Assembly (NCBI GenBank): GCA_043228905.1
Contig: JBHGNT010000006.1
Location: 17,670,001 to 17,734,000, forward strand
Direction of reading: 5' to 3'
Source of the DNA: Azolla caroliniana
Lineage: Eukaryota; Plantae; Polypodiophyta
Length of the DNA stretch: 64,000 nucleotides
Position 1 is the first letter of the stretch. Every line of letters starts with the position of its first letter. The translations under genes and the position numbers were made by a program. The notes under the pieces were generated by a model that was not told the origin of the DNA, did not search any database, and saw nothing but the letters and a program-made list of their open reading frames with translations. Positions 53,451-64,000 of the stretch are shown in pieces.

Positions 53451-53990
53451 GTTGTTTGGCCGACAATTGATTACTGTACGTACCCGACACAATAGGATGA
53501 ACGTTCCAATCCGAATGTCCTATCGAGATGATTGTGGTAGAAGGATGGATAGATGCATTAGTTAGTAAATAAGACTTGCTATCCGAGTAACGATGATTGA
53601 CTATTAGATCTTAATATAATTACTTAGGGAGCAAATGAATTAAAAAATCGACACTCAGAATAACAACCAACACGAAGTTCTTGTTGATTCTTGGCACATG
53701 CAAGACATTTCTCATGATTCCCTTCTGGCCAACATGACTGAGAGGGACATCTCCTATCCGTTCAATGGTGTGAGGCGTTGTTTGGCCGACAATCGATTAT
53801 TGTACATAGTTGACACAATAGGATGAACGTTCCAATCCGAATATTCTATCAAGATGATTGTGGTAGAAGGATGGATAGACCTATTAGTCAGTAAATAAGA
53901 CTTGTTGTCCGAGTAACTGTGATCGATTATTAGATCTTCATATAATTACATAGTGAGCAAAGCAATTCAAAAGTTGACACTTAGAATAAC
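53351..53990. repeat. ~328-bp tandem duplication spanning the junction between copia coding sequence and an LTR end
   Basis: CACATGCAAGA.ATTTCTCATGATTCCC...TGTTTGGCCGACAAT occurs near both 53368 and 53695. Confidence 0.8.
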
Positions 53991-56900
53991 AATGAAGAGA
54001 GAGAATTGTCGACACAGAGATACTCTAACCGCTAACTATATTAATTTCCGAAATAGAATGATAGCTTTACAATGCTTTCGGTTCCTCATTTATAGGTAAA
54101 ACCGAGAGTCTCTTTCCAAGATTACACCTGCCTATATTCGGCAAGAACTAACACAAAACTGTTTAAGTAATTCTAATATAAATGTTCTATTTGACAAAAT
54201 AAATACTACTTACTCATCGATTCCATACGTCGATCTGACTTCCACTCTTCTGTACTTTAGAACATCGTCGACTCTGACCCTTTCACACTTTTCTGATTCT
54301 GATTTCCCGATCCTGTAGCCAATCAGCTAACACTTGGCATGTTGGTGGAACAGTGCCTTGCACGATCAAACCCCTTGTCATATCCTACTCCCGATTTCCT
54401 ATGGAGTCAGCGTTGTCATCGTCATTGTCATTGTCATTGTCATCATCATGGAGAATGTCAAACAATGACGGTATCAATTACGTTCGCGACTTTGTCTTGG
54501 CTTTCAACGTCTTCAACTTGTGGTTGGTTAGTGGAAGCTCCCAGTTCTGCAGTCTCCTGTCGGTGTTCTCGTTCGTAACCATCTAAGGGTACCAAAGTGT
54601 CGATGTCATGGAAATCAAATTCCTCCATTAGGCGTGTGATCTCCTCCCCATGGCTAGTCGCTAGTTCATACAAGTCGCGGGTGAGGTCTTCTTGGACCGC
54701 TGCAATGGCTTCTTCACTTATCTTGAAGAATCTAGGACCCTATTTGGTACGGTGATCGTTGTAGGTGTGTAATAATTGCAGTTATGTTGCCTACGCTGAC
54801 TAGGTCTTCCAACCATTGTCGAGGGTATTAGCGACCAACTTCAACGTTTTTAGCTTGTGAGCCTTTAGGATTTGTCGAACTTTGTCTTCGCCCATACTAA
54901 CCTGAGATTGCACCGCAGATACTTCCTTACACATCTCAGCTATTCGAGCATCTACTGACTCTTGTTCTGTCATTAATTTTGCTTCGACAACTAGTAAGGC
55001 CAAGCATTTGTGTTCATATTTCACTTCGATTTTGGCACAAATATGTGTTAATGCGGTATTTTCTGACTTGAGGTGTTCTTTGTCTTGCTCATACGCTGTC
55101 TACATTTTTGGATTTTTGGAGTATTATGTCAGACATTTGATCTACAAAATGTTCCTCTAATTCCTGCACTTTTTCTACTTTTGTTGTTGTCGCTTCCCAC
55201 TGTTGCTCAAGGCATTTCTTTAACTATTGAATTCCATTGTCCTTGTGATCTAACAATGCTCCGATCTTGGAAGAGAGGGAGAATGAAGGATAAATTTCCT
55301 CTCAAAGGAACAATGTAACACAGATACTAACACAAAGACGGACATAGAGAGATTTGTAATGGAGAGGGAGAGAGTGAGTTCTTCTCAAGGGAGGTCGGCC
55401 GTTCGGGTGTGCCAAAATTGTTGTTGGGGTGGGGGGAGAAGCCTAGAATGACTTCACTCCCCTCCCAAGGGGGTTACGATAAAGAGAGAGCTAGAGAGAA
55501 AGACAAATACAAAATGACACAAAATGAGAGGGGAAAAAATGTATATCCATTAGATGCCCCATAAAGGGTTTATATAATACATAATGTAACGGTCAATAAT
55601 GATCGTTACAAAAGAGATGACCGTTACACTCTTGTCACATGCACATAATTGTGCATGTGCTCACACATACTCATCCTCACACACTCGCACATAATTGACG
55701 CGCTCCCTCTTCTCTGCCTATGTCTCAACTTTTGGTTGTTGAAATCTTCGACTTTTCTGCTTCGTTCGGAATGTAGGTGGTGGTTGTTGATTCTCAACCT
55801 CAAAAGTCAATGTTGATTCCTGGATAGGTTGGGTTGGTGGAATCGGTTCCTGAACTGGTTGTGACTGTGAATTTGGAGTCCGTATTGGCTCCGTTACTGG
55901 GGTGTTGAGATTCGGAGTCGGCTCCTGTTCCCGTTGGGCTTTGACTATCGATTATCGGGCTGGTTCTGACTCTTCACTGTTGACGGTTGTCGGCTCCAGT
56001 TCTTGCCAATCTTCATGAGGTGCTTCCCTCCCGGCTACCCTCTTTCCTTCCTTGGGGTCTTACGCCGTCTCTCCGTACTTAGTGTCAGGCAGAGTACTGC
56101 GAGCCATTGGCGGAAGATGGGTTTCATGGGTTTGCCATCTTGCACCCCTTTCAGTAGGTCTTGTAGTGCTTCCCCTATCAAGTACCCCCAATCGACTGTT
56201 TCCCCTTCATATGTAGCAATAATAAATCCTACCCTTTTCTTGGGCATGTAGTAGAACAGGGTACTGACGAAAGCCACTTCTAACAAGAATTTGGCCAGTT
56301 CTTGGAATAGTTCGTCTTCGCTGCCCTGTGTTTTATAAGCTTTGGTCGATGGCCAATATTCGCCCAAATACGACCTTAGCACTTCCAGTTTCAGTGGCTC
56401 CATACCATCGAACCCTTCCCTTTTAAGATTCAAAAATCGGCATACCTGTTTGTTGGTGATTTTGTCGACGTCGATTTGATTCACGATTTCTGCAGCACGG
56501 GGATGGGGTTCAACATCTGCAACCTTAAGATAGCCTTGCATTCCCTTGTTGTGCAACCAGTTATGAAGCCTGTCAGATACCGGAATTGTCATTCTATCCT
56601 CTTCAATGATGTCGGAGCGATCGGTGAGTGATGGAGAGAAGCAAAAGGGAGAATCCTGAAAGCCCTGTGCTTTGTGCTATGTGCTCTCGAAGTCGTTTGT
56701 GTTGTTGTGTAACACAAAATGAAGAAGAAATTTTTTTGTAGAAATGTTGGGCCATTTTTCGAAGAGTTTAATGAAAACCTACTATTAATTGTAGTGATAG
56801 TACGAATATAGTAATGCTACTTTTAATACCCACCACTCGCAATAAATACTAAATGATTTCTAGCCTGTCTATTTATAGTATGAAAAGGACAATATCAAGA

Positions 56901-59900
56901 AGTCATCATCACAAGAATCCTTTTCTATTAACTATTTGTCAAGATTTTGATTTATTGATTAAACGTATTGACACTTTTGTACCCTTGCGACATTGCTACA
57001 TAGTCGGCAGACTATTGGTTTCCTTGCATCGGTCCTTGATAAGGCTTCAATCGGAATCCGTTTACCCATTTTGGTAGAATTTCTCCTACTAATGTTCTGA
57101 CTTAATATGTTCCATTTTTGTTGTTGATTATCCAAATGGGTCCTGTCCACCAAAATCGAAGTTTGTCTGGCATGGAACCCAACACTGGCTTGCCGACTTC
57201 ACACATCTTTTCCTTTTCTTTCCGGTGTCGGTCAACAAATGCCTTTGTTTGTCTTTGTTTTTGCTCTAACACACACATAGCTTGAAGCCGACTTCCGCCA
57301 AGACCAACAATTGTCCCTTCCTCATTCGTTCAAACTGTTCTTCATCTAATCTTTTGGTGATCTGAACTCATAATGTCGAAATTTGGAATTTGACTGGCAT
57401 TACGGCTTCTAGTCTGAATGCAATCCGAAACGGGGTCGATTTGATAACCGTCTTGTATGAATTCTGGTATGCCCATAAAGCAATATGAAGCTTCTGGTCC
57501 CAATTAATTCTATTCTCATTCACTATTTTTTTAAGAATCATTTGTATGTTTTGTTTGTTGATTCTACCAATCCATTCGCTTGAGGATAGTACGGAGTACT
57601 CCTTTTATGTACTACCGCATAGTAAGTCTATAGTTCATGTACAATTCTATTTATAAAATGAGTACTCTGATCACTTATTAGCTCGATTGGGCAACCAAAT
57701 CAACACCATATGGACTCATAGAGAAATTTTCCTATGGATGCCACCGTGTTATCTCTAAATGCTTTGGCTTCAACCCATTTGGTACAGTAGTCGGTGGCAA
57801 CTATTATATAGCGATTTCCAGTGTGTGCAACTGCTAGTTTGAATGCCCCGACGAGGTCGAGACACCATTTTTAAATGGCTCTAATGGTAAAACCAACTAA
57901 TGTGGCATCCTATATTTTTCTATCATTTTTCCGGTTCACTAACATAAATCGCACTATTGACAATAGTTGACTACGTCTTTTAAGGTAGTTGGTCACCACA
58001 AGTCTCTATTCCAAATTTTCCTCACCGTTGTTTCTCTCGCATAATGACTATCGGCAATACCACAATGGGCCTCGCGCGGAACTACTTCCTTCTCATATTG
58101 TCGAACCGTCCGCTGCGATATGCCATTGGCTCCTTTATGGTATAATTTGTCGTTTGGGAGACAGAAGTTCCAACTTCTTACTGCTAGCCATTTTCTTTCA
58201 TCCAATGGCATGCCTTCGGTGATCCATAAATTGTCATCCAGCCAATAGTCCAATACTAAGGAAAATTGTCATTTTGGTGATCCATAAATCCGCTTGATCG
58301 TCATCCATCTCTGTCGATGCTACTGTGTTGACTCAAAAAAGTTGAGCGTCGGGAAAATCATCCTTTACTCATGTACCCGGCTCCCCCGACTCTAGTCAAC
58401 TCAGATAGTCAGCGACCACATGTCGTACCCCTGGCCGATGAAGTATGTCAAATTCAAACTCTTGCATCAACAATGTCCATCGAGCTAGTTTTCCTGTCAA
58501 CTCCTGTTTGGACACTAAATATAATAATGTTGAATGGTTCACATGAAATGTGAATTTCCGACCCAATAAGTAGTGACGAAATTTATTGATACTATATATC
58601 ATCCTGAGAGCTTGTTGAGTAATTTTGTTCAGCCATTAAGAGCTTTCGACTCACGTAGTACACTGGTCTGTACTAGTTTGGCTCTATGAGCTGCATTAAT
58701 GAATTTCCTATTGCTACATCGGATGCGTCGACAAAGACATGAAAAGGCTTCTACCAGTCAAGAGGTTGTACTACGGGTACCTTAGTGAGCATCTTCTTGA
58801 GGTAATCATAGGCATCTTGCTCCAGATTTGCTCATTGAAAGGGTGTTTTATGTACTCCCATATGTAGAGGTGTTGCCATGTTAGCAAGATACCGAATTAT
58901 CCGACTATACCATCTAATTTGGCCCAAGAATCTACTTAGAGCCTTAACATTAGTCGGTGCTGGAGCTTCTAGTATCGTCTTCACCTTGTTGGGATCAACA
59001 ATTATTCCTTCCCGACTAACAATATGGCCAAGCATCGTACCACTGGTTACTCTGAATGCACATTTACCAGGATTGAGACTAACTCAACCTTGTTGACACC
59101 GTTCTAGACACATTCGTAAATGCTCGAAATGATTGGCTTTTCTATTGTATACGGAAAAATCATCAAGGAATATGTGCATAAATGCAAAGATATAATCAAT
59201 GAAAATTTCCTCAATAACTCTTTGAAATGTCGCCAGAGCTGTTTTTCACTCCAACATCATTATTATTGTGACAAATACTCCCCATTCCATGACAAATGTT
59301 GTTTTTTCCTGATCTTTTGGGTGCATTCGAACATGATTATAGCCACTAAAGTCATCCAGAAAGCTGTAAATTTCATGACTTGCCACTACACCAAAACTCC
59401 ATTCGTAAATGGTAACGAACATGCATCCCTTATTGTGGCCACATTCAGCTTCCTATAGTTGATACGTACCGGGATCTTTCCATTTTTCTTAGGTACGACT
59501 ACAATTGTACTTAACCAAGTTGCCTTTTTTACTGGTTGAATAAACCAATGAGCTGAGTTTGTCGATTTCCTCCTTGACTCTCACAACATATTATGGGTTT
59601 TGGTCGGTACCGATGCTCTTGTACTGGCTTCACATCTTTATGCAAATTTATCTGATGTTGACAGAATGTTGGATCTAATCCCTTCAGGTCTTCAAATGAC
59701 CAGGAAAACACATCCTTATATTGACACAATAGATCAATCATCCTCACTTTATCAGCCCACCCCATTTCTTTGGCTAATAGGATGGTCTTTGGTTCGACGC
59801 CTAAGTTTCATTCTTCAAGTGGCAATGCCTAAACTTTTTGGAACACCTGCATCTCCCTTTCCATGGCTTCATGTTGTAGTCGTAATTCCTTCAATTTTTT

Positions 59901-61792
59901 GTCATCCATAGAAACTTCTTCTTCTTTATCTTCTTCCCCCATAATGTCAAGATTCAAACTCTTGACATGACCATGTTATAATCAAGTATTATGGGTTAAC
60001 CAACATATCTAGTATACAATTATGTATATAGTTGGTCCTTGTTGTTTTGGCTAGCATCATGTGCATAATTTCTCCCTTGTAGTATTTACACTTGGCAGAA
60101 GCATGCGTACCTAAATGCTCTATTGTAGATTCACATGCGTGCAACAAGTATGCATGTCGTGTAGTATAAATAGTTGAGTTCACCTTGAAGGAATTCAAGG
60201 TGAACAACACAAGTTATGGAGTCTTTCAGTTAATACTATTCATCCATTTAGTTATCTTCTTTCATATCTCTTCAGCTTATGATCTATCCGTGACATTTTG
60301 TTCACCTTTCCATCCTCATACCTCCCCCTCTCATAAGCCATGCAACTGGACATCTCCTATCACCCACATTCTCTTGGTGCCATTGCCGGACCGCCAGGCA
60401 AGTTCACAATGGAGGTATGGCTTTCGTTTAACTCTAGGTCCATTCAGTTTATTTCTTTATTTAATTCTAGGGCATCTTCTTGCTTCATCGATGTCGCATT
60501 CGCCCATGCACATGACGTACCCGTGGTTTGCCTCTCAAAACCCATTCCCATTGAAGCCATCAACGGGTGTGTCCTCTCGTTGCTGCAATTACTCAAGCTA
60601 CAATCCCATTAGGGCTTCGTGTGGGCTCACACCAGGAGAAGCTAACCTTTTACCTCATCGCATCTCCTCGACATCCGATCGTCTTAGGACTAGCGCGGTT
60701 GGAGGCGCACAATCCAATAGTGGATTGGTGCAACCGCTCGAACGCATTTAGCGAGGACGCCACGTGGGAACCATCGGAAAATTTACAAAATGCCCAGAGG
60801 TGGTCCAAGATTTTCATCACTGATATCCTCACAAGCCATCAACTGATTTGGGAAAGCATCGTAGGAGGAGGTATAATGTCAAGATTCGAACTCTTGACAT
60901 GACCATGTTATAATCAAGTAGTATGGGTTAACCAACATATCTAGTATATAGTTATGTATATAATTGGTTCTTGTTATTAAGGTTAGTATCATGTGCATAG
61001 TTGCTCCCTTGTTGTATTTACACTTGGCACATGCATGCGTACCTACATGCTCTATTGTAGATTCAAATGCATGCAACAAGTATGCATGTTGTGCAATATA
61101 AATAGTTGAGTTTACCTTGAAGGAATTCAAGGTGAACAACACCAGTTATGGAGTCTTTCAATTAATACTATTCATCCATTTTGTTAGCTTCTTTCTTGTC
61201 TCTTGAGATTATGATCTATCCGTGACACATATGAGTAAGTGTGTGTAAGATGTCTACTTTGAAAAATGGAATGATCTTTGGATTGTCTTCAAAATATTGA
61301 TCTTCTTCGGCCTCATCCAAACCTTCCATCCTATTTATTGCTTCAACATGAACTGGTAAACACTGCTAAGTCGTACTGATCTTTTTTTTTATTGACACCC
61401 AAAATTTACTCTTACCCTTCCATAATGTTAAGAAGTTCTTGTTCCAATTTTGTTTAATACTTGTTGTCTTTATCCAAGGTCGGCCTAATAATAATGGATA
61501 TGCATTGGCTGCATCTAACTAAATCACTACAGTCGAGATCTAGAAAGTGTGACCCCCCACAATGACATGTAATTGGCGAATTAGACCCAATGGCCTGACT
61601 GTAATTGTGTCGGCCATTCTTAACCAGAAAGGACACATGCCCCATCTAGTAATTCTAAGGCGATCACATGTGATCTTATTAATCACATTTACCCCTAATC
61701 CGCCATCTACAATAGTGCCGGTGAGTCCCTGACCCCGAATTACTACTTTTATTAATGGATTTTGTTCATCCATTACTGTCAGTCCGATGATC
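53450..61792 (-). mobile_element. Decayed G4-family gypsy element: protease, RT, RNase H, integrase, extra 3' ORF and probable 3' LTR; 5' part cut by end A
   Basis: IVDGGLGVNVI (61.7 kb), YKDVFSWSFEDLKG, IFLDDF, RWTLLMQEFEFDI, integrase at 57-58 kb; ORF 56592-56035. LTR boundaries near 53450-54250 are approximate. Confidence 0.75.
59945..61227 (+). mobile_element. 1.28-kb TRIM-like deletion derivative of a chromovirus
   Basis: LTRs 59945-60295 and 60877-61227; flanks CATAA/CATAT; internal protease remnant (NSRASSCFID) fused to a chromodomain tail (EDATWEPSENLQNA). Confidence 0.85.
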
Positions 61793-62740
61793 AACATGTT
61801 CGCATTCACAAGTGGAAGGATCGTGCATAAATGGAAGGCTAAGGAATATTCCGTTTGATTTTAGTACTTTTTCTGTGATAATACAAAACACATTGAAACC
61901 AGTATCATACATTCTCAAATATACTTTGAAAAAGGTTAAAAATCCACCATTTTCATGATTTAAAACTAAATAAAAAAAGTGAAATTTCAAAAAGTTACAT
62001 TCTCAATTATATCACAAACTTTACAACCAATGTTTTTTATAAGAAACGATATTCATAGGAATCGAAAGAATTCAAAACACATGCTTTTATATTACTTGAT
62101 TTGTTACATGTGGAAGGTAGTTACACTAAATAGCCAAAAATACATTCATGATCACTCCTTTACAGAGAATCACTACTATAGCTAATATACAATGAGGATT
62201 CCTCCTCGTCATCCTCAGATGTACCAATCAATGCCTTATCTTCATCATAAACCTAATGGTGTGACTCTAGATTATGTGCAACAGATCTCATTTGCCTTCG
62301 ACTCGAGCCACCTTCTAGACCTGGTAATTTTTCTTTTATTATACCTATTGTTGGCTTCCTTAAACGTCCAACTTTTGTAAGCGTGAAATTGTACACGATG
62401 ATATCCACATCAAAGATATCAAGGGTCGAGGTGTTATGAATGCTTCGCTTCCTCTTCCTACTTTCCCTTGTCGTCGGGCATTCCATCATCTCCAATGTAT
62501 ACTTACCCGTAAAAGCATTTTAACTTCTAGTGTTCTACCAATGCACTTTTATAGACTTGATCGTGTTTTCTATTTCATGCATCAACACTTCTAGAATTTT
62601 ACCAATCCAAAAGTGGTGGCCTTGGTTGTTGTTATCAGTAGGTGTTGCATCCCCACCACGAGCTCTTGCAAATTGCCTAGCCATCTAGCTTCAACTGCTT
62701 TGGTCATCCTTGTTCCCACATAAATGTCTCTTTGTTGTGG
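61793..62740 (-). mobile_element. Third copy of end A plus the 3' end of the Sola1-like transposase
   Basis: Colinear with 12741-13696; homology breaks after TTTGTTGTGG at ~62740. Confidence 0.9.
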
Positions 62741-62789
62741 TCCAAAATGTGTATTATATAAAAAATCTATTTGTATTTGTATACATATA

Positions 62790-63920
62790 GTCTACGACGT
62801 CAATGTCTTCATGAGGTTGGCATTGTTGTTGACGATAATGTTAACGTAGACGGTCTTCGTAAGTACGAGTCATGGTTTCAACTAGCCTTTAGAGATGGGG
62901 AACTCTCGGAACTTCAAGATCAAATTTTTTCAATGTGGGAGAATAAGGAGGTAAATGGTTAACAACAAAGAAAAGGTAGAGTAGACCCCCAACTCGAATT
63001 GAAATCCCAAGCGGCGAAAAAAATTGACCTAACAATTGAAGAAGCGGTCGACGACATGAAGTTGTCTCCGTGGAGAGCAATGCAAGGTATTAAGGATGAG
63101 CAACTATTAGTGTCAGTGTTGTGAGGGGTTGTGGCCAAAGAATTGAGCCAAGAAGAGATGGTCACTTAGTGCAACAAGTAAGTTTTGTCAAATAGTTAAA
63201 TGAGACAGTTACAGTTTTATATAAAGTTCTAATCTCTATTGGTGATTTCACAGTCAAAGGTATATATGAAGATCCAAGAGGTTATGATGAAACAACTTGG
63301 GAACAAGTGATTGAAGATTATCCTCTAACGTCTTCATATAAGGCGTTATCTGAATATTTCATTGCATTCAAGGATTGGGTTAGTATTCGTCTTTCATAAT
63401 ATGTAAATGTTGTCTATTAATAGTCAATGCCTTATTTTCGCTATTAGAAACCTTGTCATGGCAAGAAACCAGGAAAAGTCAAGGATATACATGACTTTCC
63501 AATAGATTCCTTCCTTGCACATCTCCAGAGAGCCAGAAAGGAAAAAGATCCTCGCTTACTCAAGGCATATGAAATTGAAGAAGATGGCTCCTTCAAAAAA
63601 ATTAGCCACAAGAAAGACATTACAAAAGATCTCTACTATAATGTAATCTGTGGCGATGTCATAAAGATGATGGAGAAAGTGCCAAAGAATGACTATACAC
63701 TTTTGATTGCAGATATACCTAGTGATGGATTTCGAATAGCTAGATCATCATACGATGATGAACCATTCAGGTTCAAACTATTAGAAAAAATGGTTAAAGA
63801 TTTTGCTGAGCTGACAATTACATCCTTGTGGAGGATAGTTGTGTTTCATATCATGGACCAAGGGTACTCAGTAGCTCAAGCAATGAGATTTCATTGCCAC
63901 GGCATCGAGAACCTTGATTG
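62790..63920 (+). pseudogene. Multi-exon gene with a beta-class N6A/N4C DNA methyltransferase-like domain; continues beyond the window
   Basis: GT..AG introns 63178-63253, 63379-63447 and 63921-onward. Exons 63254-63378 and 63448-63920 are open and in phase; they include NVICGDVIKMMEKVPKNDYTLLIADIPSDG. The first exon has stops. Confidence 0.55.
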
Positions 63921-64000
63921 GTAAGGATTAGTTATAAGTCTCATTCACCACATATTAGTTCTTAATTTATCAAATCTATTCTTAACTCACCTACTATTTA

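Overview
Eukaryotic, AT-rich heterochromatin with no intact host gene; plant-type tRNA primer sites and the element families suggest a land plant, possibly a bryophyte (inference). It is a nest of transposons about six levels deep: Ty3/gypsy (chromovirus and Tat/Athila-like), Ty1/copia, solo LTRs and non-autonomous LTR elements, several delimited by target-site duplications (TSDs). The most unusual component is a large, multi-copy DNA-transposon system. It has two different DDD-type (Sola1-like and Sola2-like) transposase genes, two recurrent sharp ends (A and B), three kinds of internal tandem array, and cargo. The cargo is an FCP1/NIF-like phosphatase gene and, at the window end, an intron-containing gene resembling a bacterial-type beta-class N6A/N4C DNA methyltransferase. 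Other notable signals are an LTR-TTTA-LTR junction matching a 2-LTR circle, tRNA-like Pol III boxes inside two LTR families, and gag-only elements with 4-bp TSDs. All family assignments are by motif recognition only; no database search was run. Labels such as G1-G4, Copia-A/B and end A/B are my own.
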